Program-made: the position numbers and the translations under genes
Source of the DNA: Candidatus Kaiserbacteria bacterium
GTDB taxonomy: Bacteria; Patescibacteriota; Minisyncoccia; Phycocordibacterales; Phycocordibacteraceae
Assembly (NCBI GenBank): GCA_016182485.1
Contig: JACPGH010000005.1
Coordinates: 64,305-128,304, forward strand
Direction: 5' to 3'
Length of the DNA: 64,000 bases
In this document: piece after piece, positions 36,726 through 46,323 of the stretch
How the letters are laid out: each line of letters begins with the position of its first letter
Numbering within the stretch: position 1 is the stretch's first letter
Notes under the pieces: generated by a model
What the model saw: only the letters and a program-made list of their open reading frames with translations
Told to the model about the DNA's origin: nothing
The model's database searches: none

Positions 36726-38107
36726 ATCTGGAGCCTGGAAACTTGATACTGGAGGCTGGCGGAAAGAGGCCCAGTAACCAGCAACTAGCAACTAGCAACC
36801 AGCGTGGCTACGTTCTCTTGCTTACACTGGTTTTTATGGGCATCTTCGCAACAGTCGCAACTGCGCTCGTAGGTTCCGTAATTTCTTACGGGAAAGTAGA
36901 GCGATCTAGAGTAGCGAGCGCTCAAGCGCTCGCCATTGCGGAAGGCGCGCTCGATCTCGCCGTCGAGCGATTAAATGACGATCCATTCTACGGCGGCACT
37001 GCTGAAACGTCCCTAGGAGAAGGGACATTCACGATCGAAGTCGCGACCATCGACCAAGAAACAAGGCGGGTCACCGCCACCGGTTATGTGCCGAGCAGCG
37101 GGGAAAGGAGGGCAATGAAGACAGTCCGAGCGAATGTCGGGATAGTGGATTCCCGCATCTCATTCCATTACGGAATACAGTCGGGGAACGGCGGTTTCGA
37201 GATGCGCAACAATTCGATAGTAAGCGGAAATATTTTCTCGAACGGAAGAGTGGCAGGCGACGGGACCAATAATATGGTGTACGGGGATATCATTTCCGCG
37301 GGCGCGAACGGCCTCGTCTACGGCGTGCATGCGACCGGAACCGTGCGCGCGCACTCGATCGGAAACGCATCGGCCAACACGATTATTGACACGGATGCTC
37401 ATTACTATGAGACAAAGGTGAATACGACTGTGGCCGGGACTTCTTTCCCGGGCAGCGCGGATCAGACGAGCGCCCCGCTGCCTATATCCGACGCTCAGAT
37501 CGCTTCTTGGGAAGCGCAAGCGGCCGCTGGAGGAGTCGCGAGCTGTTCGGGAGGCCAGTATACGATTTCTTCCGGAGCAATCTCGCTCGGACCCGTTAAA
37601 ATCCCCTGCGATCTCGTGATAAGCAATAGCGCCGTCGTTACCGTACGAGGCCATATCTGGGTAGCGGGGAATATCTCGGTGCAGAACTCCGCCAAGGTGA
37701 AAATGGACCCGTCGCTGGGATCGAAAAATGTCGCCATCATCGCCGATAATCCGGCGAACCGCTTGACGAGCAGTATAATCACCGTCCGGAATACAGCCAC
37801 GTTCGAGAATTCCGGAACTCCCGGCTCGTTCGTCTTCCTAATTTCGCAGAACAACAGCGCGGAGCTGGGCGGCGCCGTCGTGGCCTTCGAACTGGGCAAC
37901 AGCGCTTCCGCGCTCGTCGCATACGCCGCGCACGGGCTCATTCCGCTTGCCAATTCTGTGTCGCTCAGAGAGGTGACCGGCTACAAAATTACGCTCGCAA
38001 ATTCCGCGAGCATCGTGTACGACACCGGCCTCCCTAGCTCTGTTTTTGAATCGGGTCCGGGCGGGAGCTGGAGCTTCGTCCCAGGCACGTACGCGATAAC
38101 GCGCTAG
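36722..38107 (+). CDS. large pilus-associated protein (PilX-like N-terminus; Gly/Asn-rich repetitive body)
   Basis: ATGA overlap. Leader MNLEPGNLILEAGG...QRG|YVLLLTLVF is paralogous to the previous gene's leader. Confidence 0.45.
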   Translation: MNLEPGNLILEAGGKRPSNQQLATSNQRGYVLLLTLVFMGIFATVATALVGSVISYGKVERSRVASAQALAIAEGALDLAVERLNDDPFYGGTAETSLGEGTFTIEVATIDQETRRVTATGYVPSSGERRAMKTVRANVGIVDSRISFHYGIQSGNGGFEMRNNSIVSGNIFSNGRVAGDGTNNMVYGDIISAGANGLVYGVHATGTVRAHSIGNASANTIIDTDAHYYETKVNTTVAGTSFPGSADQTSAPLPISDAQIASWEAQAAAGGVASCSGGQYTISSGAISLGPVKIPCDLVISNSAVVTVRGHIWVAGNISVQNSAKVKMDPSLGSKNVAIIADNPANRLTSSIITVRNTATFENSGTPGSFVFLISQNNSAELGGAVVAFELGNSASALVAYAAHGLIPLANSVSLREVTGYKITLANSASIVYDTGLPSSVFESGPGGSWSFVPGTYAITR

Positions 38108-38193
38108 CTATTAGGCTCTAGGCTCTAGGCGCTAGCAGCCCCAGATCAGGAATAAGCTAGAGCCTAGCGCCTGTCCGAGTGCCTAGAGCCTGC
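38101..38193. repeat. two CTAG-heptamer clusters
   Basis: gcgctagctattaggctctaggctctaggcgctagc ... gctagagcctagcgcctgtccgagtgcctagagcc. Confidence 0.6.
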
Positions 38194-38205
38194 TACTATT
38201 AAGGA

Positions 38206-38982
38206 ATGCTTATCGTCGCGAATTGGAAGGCATACGTGGAGGACCTCGCCCGCGCGAAAAAGCTTTTGGCCGTCTCTAAGCGACTTGCGCGACAAAGCCA
38301 GGCGACTATCGTACTCGCTCCCCCCGCGCCGCTCTTAGGCGCGCTCGCGCTGAACAACCGGTCTAACGTGGCCTTCGCCGCGCAAGACATATCGGTGACG
38401 ACTGGCGGCGCGCAGACCGGCGAGATAACCGCCGGCGCATTCGAGGCGGTCGGCGCCGCCTATGCGCTTATCGGACACTCCGAACGCCGCGCGAGAGGAG
38501 ATACGGCCGTTTCAGTTGCGGAGAAAATTTCCCACGCGCTCGCTCAAGGTTTGAGGCCAATTCTATGCGTCGGCGAACCTGAACGGGATGCCGAGGGACG
38601 GTATCTCTCGTTCATACGCGAAGAACTGACATCCGCCCTGTCTGCTGTCGCGCCCAGGGAGCGCGCGGAAATAATTGTCGCCTACGAACCGCTCTGGGCG
38701 ATCGGTAAGAGTGCCGACGCAGCCGCGAGCGCGAATGACCTCGGCGAAATGACCCTCTATATCCGCAAAGTGCTCGCCGAACTGCTCCCGGGCCGTCCTT
38801 CGCCGGAGGCTTCGGCGAGGCGAGGCAAAAGCTCGCGAGAATCGCTCGTTCTCTATGGCGGCTCCGTAGAGCCGGACAATATTCGCGACCTCGCGGCAAG
38901 CTCCGGCCTGGATGGGTTTCTTATCGGCCACGCCTCGGTGGATCCCCGACTATTCGCGGCTTCGGTAAAGCAGCTCGCGTAG
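38206..38982 (+). CDS. tpiA: triosephosphate isomerase
   Basis: VANWK, IGHSERR and AYEPLWAIG motifs. Confidence 0.85.
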   Translation: MLIVANWKAYVEDLARAKKLLAVSKRLARQSQATIVLAPPAPLLGALALNNRSNVAFAAQDISVTTGGAQTGEITAGAFEAVGAAYALIGHSERRARGDTAVSVAEKISHALAQGLRPILCVGEPERDAEGRYLSFIREELTSALSAVAPRERAEIIVAYEPLWAIGKSADAAASANDLGEMTLYIRKVLAELLPGRPSPEASARRGKSSRESLVLYGGSVEPDNIRDLAASSGLDGFLIGHASVDPRLFAASVKQLA

Positions 38983-38983
38983 C

Positions 38984-40153
38984 ATGAGGAGCGTCATATC
39001 CATCCCGCGCTTCGAGCACATCCCCATCCTCGTACGCGCGGCGCTCAACGTTCCGATCAAAGACGGGAAAATACTCGACGACTATCGCTTGCGCCGGGCC
39101 CTCACTACGGTCCGCTTTCTCACGCATCGCCGCGCGCGCGTAATCTTAATCGGCCATGTCGGAGAAGCCGGCCTGCCGGCAGGCAGGCAGGGGACGGAAA
39201 CGCTTGCGGATGTCGCGCGAGCGCTTGGTTCCCACATTCCCCACGTATCATTCTGCAAGGAATCGGTCGGGGCCGCCGCGCGAGCGGCAGCGCGCGCGCT
39301 GCCGAGCGGGCACGTGCTCGTACTCGAGAACCTGCGCCGACACCGGGGAGAGACAGCGAACGACCCCGCCTTCGCGCACGCGCTCGCGGAGCTCGCGGAC
39401 GTATTCGTCCAGGACTCCTTCGATGCCAGCCATAGGCCTCACGCCTCGATCGTCGGCATACCGAAAATATTGCCTTCATACGCCGGCCTCCTGCTCGAAG
39501 AAGAAGTGCATGAACTCGAGAAAGCGCGGACGCCCAAGCATCCTGCGCTCGCCGCGATCGGCGGCATGAAATTCAGCACGAAAGAACCGGCGCTGGAATC
39601 GCTAGTCGAAACGTACGACCATGTGTTCGTCGGCGGCGCGCTAGCGACGGATTTTTTGAAAGCGGCGGGCATGGAGATAGGGAAGTCTCTCGTATCAGCC
39701 GCTCCGGATGCGGCAATTAAGACTCTCCTTGAGAATAGGAAGCTCGTCCTGCCGATCGACGCCTGGGTCGTACCGGCTCTTGAGGAAGGGAAACCCGATG
39801 CGCATCGATATGCGCGGCTGTCCTCGATAGAAAGCGTGCGTCCGGATGAAGTCATTCTGGATCACGGCCCCGGCACTGCGGCGCTTCTCGCCGGCCTCGC
39901 GCAGAAAGCGCGCGCTGTCCTATGGAACGGCCCGCTCGGCAATTATGAGAACGGATTCAAGCAGGGAACTCAGGATTTCGCCCGAGCTGTGGCTGACTCG
40001 AGCGCCCGGTCGGTCATTGGCGGCGGCGATACGATCGCGGCCATCGAGGATCTCGGTTTGTTGCCAAGATTCTCGTTCATCTCCACCGGGGGCGGCGCCA
40101 TGCTCGAATTCCTCGCCCGCGGCACGCTCCCAGGCATCGAGGCGTTGAATTAA
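38984..40153 (+). CDS. pgk: phosphoglycerate kinase
   Basis: PGK N- and C-domain motifs (...GGGAMLEFL). Confidence 0.9.
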   Translation: MRSVISIPRFEHIPILVRAALNVPIKDGKILDDYRLRRALTTVRFLTHRRARVILIGHVGEAGLPAGRQGTETLADVARALGSHIPHVSFCKESVGAAARAAARALPSGHVLVLENLRRHRGETANDPAFAHALAELADVFVQDSFDASHRPHASIVGIPKILPSYAGLLLEEEVHELEKARTPKHPALAAIGGMKFSTKEPALESLVETYDHVFVGGALATDFLKAAGMEIGKSLVSAAPDAAIKTLLENRKLVLPIDAWVVPALEEGKPDAHRYARLSSIESVRPDEVILDHGPGTAALLAGLAQKARAVLWNGPLGNYENGFKQGTQDFARAVADSSARSVIGGGDTIAAIEDLGLLPRFSFISTGGGAMLEFLARGTLPGIEALN

Positions 40154-40249
40154 CAATTGGCGCGACCCGTTTCGTTTTTATATGCACTGCGAGCGGAATT
40201 CATCGAGGCCTAAGTTTTAATGTGCATACTAAAAAACGGAAAGGAGGGC

Positions 40250-40564
40250 ATGATGGCCCTTAGTTTGTTTCTCGCGCGGACGCCCGATGGGGGAGTGTAT
40301 GCGGTGAACACGAATCTCTCGACCATTGAATTGGTCCGAGGCTGGCTTGAGGAGGCGGGGAGCAAGGACGAGGTCGTGTGGTTCGAGTCATTCGCGCCCA
40401 CCGCCGAGTCGGACGAGCGCATGAACATCGTCGCCGAAGGATTGGCCGCTCTCTGCCAACTCGGCCCCTTCGCCGACGGGCTCGACCGGCTCCTCACCCG
40501 GCTCGCGCGAGGCGCAATGGATGTGGAGCGCCTGCGCCTCACAATGGCTAATCCCGGGCCTTAG
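40250..40564 (+). CDS. hypothetical protein
   Basis: ORF only. Confidence 0.3.
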   Translation: MMALSLFLARTPDGGVYAVNTNLSTIELVRGWLEEAGSKDEVVWFESFAPTAESDERMNIVAEGLAALCQLGPFADGLDRLLTRLARGAMDVERLRLTMANPGP

Positions 40565-40634
40565 GGCCCGGTTCTTTTTTCTATCCACAAAGATGGACGG
40601 TCGTCGTATATCGTTGATAAGTAAAGAAGCGGGG

Positions 40635-40991
40635 CTACGCTGCGGAAACCGAGTCGCTGAATTTTTGCGGAATGAGGTGGATGTGTACGTGCGGTACGTC
40701 TTTGCCAACGATAGAGAGCCGCACGTAATCGGCGTCATATTTTTCTTTCAATTCTTTGGCTAACGTGCGCGCCACCTTGAAAAGATCATTCGCGATATCA
40801 TCCGGCAATTCCCAAAACCACCGGTAATGCGCCGAGGGGACGACGAGCGTATGGCCCGGCCGTACGGGCCGATAGTCGGGAAACGAGACTATCTTGTCAT
40901 CCTCGTGATGCGCCTTCTCGCTCGGCACTTCGCCCCGCACGATCTTGCAGAAAATACAGCTTGCTTCGGAAGAATTTGTGAGGTCATCCAT
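40635..40991 (-). CDS. HIT-family (histidine triad) hydrolase
   Basis: HVHIHLIP triad. Start at MDDLTN. Confidence 0.7.
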   Translation of the reverse strand: MDDLTNSSEASCIFCKIVRGEVPSEKAHHEDDKIVSFPDYRPVRPGHTLVVPSAHYRWFWELPDDIANDLFKVARTLAKELKEKYDADYVRLSIVGKDVPHVHIHLIPQKFSDSVSAA

Positions 40992-41036
40992 TCCAGTAGG
41001 ATACCGCAATCCATTCTTGGTACAATCGAGTGCACG

Positions 41037-42788
41037 ATGTTCCAATTACATGACCCGCTCGATTCCGTGATCCGAGAAGAACTCTCCGCCTACGACGACC
41101 TCACTGCCGCCCTGCTCGCCCGCCGCGGCATCGCTACCAAATTGGAGGCCGAGAAATTCCTGAACCCTTCCTATGACGCGCATCTCTTCGATCCGCTTCT
41201 TATGACCGACATGCCGCGAGCCGCCGAGCGGCTCGCGGCGGCTATTATTTCCGGAGAGAAAATCGCGGTTTGGAGCGACTACGACTGCGACGGGATTCCA
41301 GGCGGCGTTCTGCTGCACGATTTCCTGAAAAAAACCGGCGCGCACTTTGAGAATTACATTCCGCATCGGCACGAAGAAGGGTACGGCATGAACGTAAACG
41401 GGGTTGAGAAGCTGGCAAAGGAAGGCGTGGCGCTCATCGTCACGGTAGATTCCGGCATCGTGGATGTCGAACCGATCGCGCACGCGAAAGAATTGGGAAT
41501 GGACGTTATCGTGACGGACCACCATTTGCCTCGCCGCGCCGAAGCTTCAAGCGGGGGCGGGCCGAAGATTATTTTGCCGGACGCGTACGCAATAGTGAAC
41601 CCGAACGCCCGTCCCTCTGAAACATATCCGTTCAAAGAGCTTTGCGGCGCGGCTGTCGCGTGGAAACTAGTGTGCGCTACGTTACGTGTCGAGCCGAAAT
41701 TGAGAGAGCGGATACCGCTAGGATGGGAAAAGTGGCTTCTCGACATGGTCGGGCTCGCGACTATCGCCGACATGGTTCCGCTTGTCGGCGAGAACCGCGT
41801 ACTCGCGACCTACGGCTTGAAGGTCTTGCGCCGTTCGCCGCGCCTGGGCCTGCAAAAATTGTGCCGCGCGATGCGGGTGGACCAGCGCGAGCTTACGGAA
41901 GACGATATCGGCTTCATGCTCGCGCCGCGCGTGAACGCGGCGAGCCGCATGGGCGATGCGCGAGACGCGTTTCGTCTCTTCACGACTGCGGACGAGGCGG
42001 AAGCCGAGGCGCTCGCGAAAAAATTGGAGCAGGCGAATAGACAGCGCAAGGCCGAGTCCGGCGCGATTACTCGCGCCGTGCATACGCGGCTCAAAGAGCG
42101 AGAGGTGCGGAGCATAATCGCTCTCGGCGATCCCGCATGGCGGCCCGCATTGCTCGGGCTCGTTGCCGGCACTATTGCAGATGAGTACGAGCGTCCGGTG
42201 TTCTTGTGGGGAAGAGAAGGGAACTTGAGTCTTAAGGGTTCGGCGCGGAGCGGGGGCGCGACGCATATCGTCGAACTTATGCGTTCAACTGAAAATACGT
42301 TCGCCGAATTCGGCGGGCATGCGGCAGCCGGCGGTTTTACCGTTAAAGATACCGAAGTCTTTTTCCTTGAAGACCGTCTGGTCGCGGCGCATGCGCAGCT
42401 TATGAAATATGTAACGGCCGACACCGAATTAGCTCTGCGCGCCGACCTTGTTGTCGCACCCGAAGAACTGGACAGTTCATTCCTCACGCGTATGGAAAAG
42501 CTCGCCCCTTTTGGAGTGCAGAATCCTAAACCAGTGTTCCTATTGCGCGGCATATCCGCGCTCGCTATTTCACACTTCGGAAAAAATGAAGAGCATTTAA
42601 AAGTTAAGATCGGCCCCTCATCTCACAGCCTCGATGCGGTCACTTTCTTCGCGAAGGATTCTCTCCTGCGCACCGCGCGCGAGATGGCGCTCGGCAAGCG
42701 GGCGAACGTTCTCGCGCACATCGAGCGCGACGGCTTCAAACGCGGCAATCTGGTCCGCTTGCGCCTGCTCGACATAAAGCTCGTGTAA
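41037..42788 (+). CDS. recJ: single-stranded-DNA-specific exonuclease RecJ
   Basis: DHH (VTDHH) and DHHA1 motifs. Start at MFQLHD. Confidence 0.85.
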   Translation: MFQLHDPLDSVIREELSAYDDLTAALLARRGIATKLEAEKFLNPSYDAHLFDPLLMTDMPRAAERLAAAIISGEKIAVWSDYDCDGIPGGVLLHDFLKKTGAHFENYIPHRHEEGYGMNVNGVEKLAKEGVALIVTVDSGIVDVEPIAHAKELGMDVIVTDHHLPRRAEASSGGGPKIILPDAYAIVNPNARPSETYPFKELCGAAVAWKLVCATLRVEPKLRERIPLGWEKWLLDMVGLATIADMVPLVGENRVLATYGLKVLRRSPRLGLQKLCRAMRVDQRELTEDDIGFMLAPRVNAASRMGDARDAFRLFTTADEAEAEALAKKLEQANRQRKAESGAITRAVHTRLKEREVRSIIALGDPAWRPALLGLVAGTIADEYERPVFLWGREGNLSLKGSARSGGATHIVELMRSTENTFAEFGGHAAAGGFTVKDTEVFFLEDRLVAAHAQLMKYVTADTELALRADLVVAPEELDSSFLTRMEKLAPFGVQNPKPVFLLRGISALAISHFGKNEEHLKVKIGPSSHSLDAVTFFAKDSLLRTAREMALGKRANVLAHIERDGFKRGNLVRLRLLDIKLV

Positions 42789-42841
42789 CACGAAGTTAGG
42801 ACATCCGATGTCCTAACTTAAGGGAAATCAGACGCCCCAAT

Positions 42842-43285
42842 ATGAGCGTGTATACTCTTAAAATGCAATTCACTATCCACGCCGACGGGGGCGCGAGAGG
42901 AAACCCGGGGCCGGCCGGTGCGGGCGCTATTGTCCGTGACGAACTCGGCAATGCGGTTGCGAGCGTCTCGCAGTTTCTCGGGCATCAGACGAATAATTTT
43001 GCGGAATACGAAGCGGTGATACTTGCATTTGAAAAATTAGCGGCGCTCGTTCCGGAAGGGAAGCGCGGCGGAACCGATGTAATAGTAAAAATGGACAGCG
43101 AACTAATCGTGAAGCAGATGCGCGGCGAGTACAAGGTGAAGCATCCGAATTTAAAAGCGCAGCATGCGCGGCTGCTGCAGTTAATCGGCGCGTTTAAATC
43201 CGTAACGTTCGCGCACGTTCCGCGCGCGCAAAACTCCGACGCCGACGCGCTCGCCAACGCAGCCATGGACCGCGGTGTTTCATGA
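42842..43285 (+). CDS. rnhA: ribonuclease H (type 1)
   Basis: DGG.RGNPG...E..A.......D.ELIV.Q catalytic-residue pattern. Confidence 0.7.
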   Translation: MSVYTLKMQFTIHADGGARGNPGPAGAGAIVRDELGNAVASVSQFLGHQTNNFAEYEAVILAFEKLAALVPEGKRGGTDVIVKMDSELIVKQMRGEYKVKHPNLKAQHARLLQLIGAFKSVTFAHVPRAQNSDADALANAAMDRGVS

Positions 43286-43343
43286 AAATATCAATTCTTA
43301 TCACGGGTGTTTCCGGATCCGGAAAATCAGCGTTTACTAAACC

Positions 43344-45092
43344 ATGAGCATTCTCGTCGCTGTCGTTTCCGGATTCGCGAGCGGAGTGTTCCTCCGCTCG
43401 CTGTTCTTTTTTGGTTCGACTCCGCTCACCACAAGTGACTGGCCGGTGATAGCGTTTTTGTTTTTGCTGGCGACGATTCTTATCGTCGTCCCGAGTCTTT
43501 TCGAGGGACCGCCTCGGACCATTTTCAAACTGGGCGCGTTGTTCTGCATTTTTGCCGCCCTTGGCATGCTGCGTGCCGCGCTCGCTGAGACGCCGTTGCC
43601 GCCAGCCTTCGCAAGCCGCGTCGGCGAGCGCGTCTCGTATGACGGGATCGTAGTTTCGGATCCGGATGTGCGCGACAAGAATCAGCGCGTCGAGATCCGC
43701 GTGGCGCAAGGTAGCGAGTCCGTCAAGGTACTCGCCGTCGCGCCGCGCTCGCCGGCCGTCGCGGTGGGCGAGCGCGTCTTTGTATCCGGCACGCTCGAAG
43801 TGCCCGAACCATTTGCCGCCGACGGCGGGCGTATATTTCGCTATGATAAATATTTGCAGCGCGACGGAGTACGCTTCTTATTAAACTTTGCTTCAATTCG
43901 CATCGAGTCTTCTGCGCCTTGGTACTCCGTGCCGGCGGCGCTTGCCAAAATAAAACACGCGTTTCTTAACGGTGCGCGGACTACGCTGCCCGAACCGTAC
44001 TCCGCGCTTGCGAGCGGCATAGTTATAGGAGGCAAATCAAGCCTCGGTCCGGAGCTCAAGGACGCGTTCACCCGTTCAGGACTTATCCACGTTGTCGTGC
44101 TTTCGGGCCACAACGTGATGATAGTCGCGAGCTGGGCGATCGCGTTTTTCCTGTTCGGTTTCGCGCGCGCGGAGCAGCTGATCCGCAAACGCATTCCGAG
44201 CGGCGCGGGCCCCGTTACAAATCGTATTTCTAACGGGGCGGGCATTGCGGCCGGAGCGATCGCGCTCGTTTTGTTCGTCGGCATCGCAGGCGCTTCGGCT
44301 ACTGCGATCCGCGCCGCCCTCATGGCCCTCTTGGCTCTCTACGCCCGCGCGACCGGCCGCTCCTACGCGGCCGGTCGCGCGCTCTTCGCCGTCATCTTCC
44401 TCATGCTCTTATGGAATCCGCTTTATCTCGCGTTCGATCCCGGCTTCGGCCTCTCGGTCGCCGCGACTGCCGGCCTCATTTGGCTCGCGCCTGTTATCGA
44501 GGAGCGGCTCGTCAGGATGCGTGTGCGGAGAGTAGGCCAAGTGCAGCGACGTCCCCGAGCACCTAAAGGTGCGAGGGGTTCGAGCGAAACGCTCTCCGCG
44601 CATGCAACTGGCGAGCCGCGTCCATCGTGGCGAAACGCTCTCGAAAATTTTTCTTCCGAGCGAGCGCCTTCGTTCTGGCTCAACGCCGTCGCGACGACCC
44701 TCTCCGCGCAGATCGCGGTCCTGCCGCTCCTGCTGTATCAAACCGGCAACCTGTCGTTGGTCGCTATTCCCGCGAATTTGATCGCCGCGCTTCTCATTCC
44801 GCTCGCGATGGCTTCTGCTTATCTTGCCGGCTTCGGCGGCGTGTTATTCTCCGCAATTTACCCTCTGCCTGCAGTTTTGGGCCTGCCCGCCTATCTCGTT
44901 ACTGTCGGGCTCATATGGATCGCGCAAACGAGCGCGGCGCTTCCGTTTGCCGCGCTCGCTCTGCCCGCTTTTCCGTTCTGGCTCGTGCTCGCCGCCTACG
45001 CCCTGCTTATTTATTCGCTCTGCCGGCTGGCGGATTCAAAACGCTTTTCCACGATGCCCCGATTGAGATTCGCGAAGAACGCCTCGATGTAG
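43344..45092 (+). CDS. ComEC/Rec2-family DNA internalisation protein (membrane competence domain)
   Basis: Multi-TM protein with the ComEC competence-domain motif (SGLIHVVVLSGHNV). No MBL domain in this ORF. Confidence 0.7.
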   Translation: MSILVAVVSGFASGVFLRSLFFFGSTPLTTSDWPVIAFLFLLATILIVVPSLFEGPPRTIFKLGALFCIFAALGMLRAALAETPLPPAFASRVGERVSYDGIVVSDPDVRDKNQRVEIRVAQGSESVKVLAVAPRSPAVAVGERVFVSGTLEVPEPFAADGGRIFRYDKYLQRDGVRFLLNFASIRIESSAPWYSVPAALAKIKHAFLNGARTTLPEPYSALASGIVIGGKSSLGPELKDAFTRSGLIHVVVLSGHNVMIVASWAIAFFLFGFARAEQLIRKRIPSGAGPVTNRISNGAGIAAGAIALVLFVGIAGASATAIRAALMALLALYARATGRSYAAGRALFAVIFLMLLWNPLYLAFDPGFGLSVAATAGLIWLAPVIEERLVRMRVRRVGQVQRRPRAPKGARGSSETLSAHATGEPRPSWRNALENFSSERAPSFWLNAVATTLSAQIAVLPLLLYQTGNLSLVAIPANLIAALLIPLAMASAYLAGFGGVLFSAIYPLPAVLGLPAYLVTVGLIWIAQTSAALPFAALALPAFPFWLVLAAYALLIYSLCRLADSKRFSTMPRLRFAKNASM

Positions 45093-45610
45093 TTCTTCTT
45101 ATCCGCAGGCACGTAGTCGACCATATACGCATGCTCCCAGAGGTCGAGTGCGAGCAGGATCGGCAGACCGGCGAGCTGCCCGAGCTCATGATCGGCGACA
45201 AAAACGGTGTGGAGCGTCTTCGCCCTTGGGTCTGCGTAGACCACTACCCAGCCGACGCCTCGACTGCCGGCAACTTCTATTACATGTTCACGGAAATTCT
45301 CTCCGCTTCCATACTTTTCTATAACTGATAGGGCGAGCGCTGAACTGGGTTCCGGTGCCATAGGTCCGCCCTCAAACTGTTCGAAATAGTATTCATGCAT
45401 GCGCATGCCGTTAAATTCAAACGAGAGCCGCCGGCGCAGTTCTGCGATCACATATTGATCGGAGCCGCCTTCTTTCAGTTTCTGGATCTGCTCGATGATG
45501 AGATTCACATGCTTCACATACCCTTCGTACAAACCGAGGTGCACCTTGATCTGCTTTTCGGACAGGCCCTCGAGAGCCGGCAGGTTGAATGTTCTTGGCG
45601 AGTAGGTCAT
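45011..45610 (-). CDS. Fe/Mn superoxide dismutase
   Basis: LP.L.Y.......H...H metal-ligand motifs and DLWEHAYY-like C-terminus (DLWEHAYMVDY). Confidence 0.9.
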   Translation of the reverse strand: MTYSPRTFNLPALEGLSEKQIKVHLGLYEGYVKHVNLIIEQIQKLKEGGSDQYVIAELRRRLSFEFNGMRMHEYYFEQFEGGPMAPEPSSALALSVIEKYGSGENFREHVIEVAGSRGVGWVVVYADPRAKTLHTVFVADHELGQLAGLPILLALDLWEHAYMVDYVPADKKNYIEAFFANLNRGIVEKRFESASRQSE

Positions 45611-45625
45611 ATAAAGTAATCTATC

Positions 45626-46048
45626 ATGAAGCGGATGCCGCGCGAGATCCCAAAATCTTTCTTGCTTATTATCCTCCTCGCGCTGCTCGCTGCGAATTTA
45701 TTTCTAGCCGGAATGTTTTCCGCCTCGACGCGCATTGTCGAATTTGCGGCAGGGAAGGGTAAAGCGGCTCTTCTCCAAACAGGAAGCGGTGCGACTCTTC
45801 TTATAGATACCGGAGCAGACGCGAGTATTCTCCGCGCTATGGGCGAATCACTGCCGCCCTGGCGCCGGCGCCTCGATGCAGTCGTGCTCACTGGCGCCCC
45901 TTCTGGCGGCCTGTCGGCCGTGCTCGAGCGATATTCCGTCGAGAACATAATCCGCTTCGGCACGCGGGAGATGCCCTATGGCGCCCGTTTGAAAATCGAT
46001 GATTCTATAGCCGAGATCGACGGCCCGGGAAAATTCTCGATCAAATGA
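45626..46048 (+). CDS. hypothetical membrane-anchored protein resembling an MBL-fold (ComEC C-terminal-like) fragment
   Basis: ALLQTGSGATLLIDTG... resembles the start of a metallo-beta-lactamase fold without the HxHxDH motif. Confidence 0.35.
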   Translation: MKRMPREIPKSFLLIILLALLAANLFLAGMFSASTRIVEFAAGKGKAALLQTGSGATLLIDTGADASILRAMGESLPPWRRRLDAVVLTGAPSGGLSAVLERYSVENIIRFGTREMPYGARLKIDDSIAEIDGPGKFSIK

Positions 46049-46283
46049 CGCCCGCTTTCTTGAGCGCGGCGAAAGCGCCGTTCTTCTTTATGGTCTTCAG
46101 CCCTTTCACAGAGACGTCTACGATGACGGTCTTTTCGAGCTCCGGAACATAGAGGCGGCGGCGCTGGAGATTGGCCTTCCGGCGGACTTTGCCGGTCGGA
46201 TTGAATTGCGTCGCGCGCGTGCGGTTACTGTATCGGCCGCCGATCTGCGTCGACTTGCCCGTAATTTCACACTGTCTTGCCAT
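46041..46283 (-). CDS. rpmB: 50S ribosomal protein L28
   Basis: MARQCEITGK....G...S....T...F.PN L28 pattern. Confidence 0.85.
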   Translation of the reverse strand: MARQCEITGKSTQIGGRYSNRTRATQFNPTGKVRRKANLQRRRLYVPELEKTVIVDVSVKGLKTIKKNGAFAALKKAGVI

Positions 46284-46323
46284 AATTGCCGCATGCTACC
46301 ATAAGCTTCTGCATAGGTAAACC

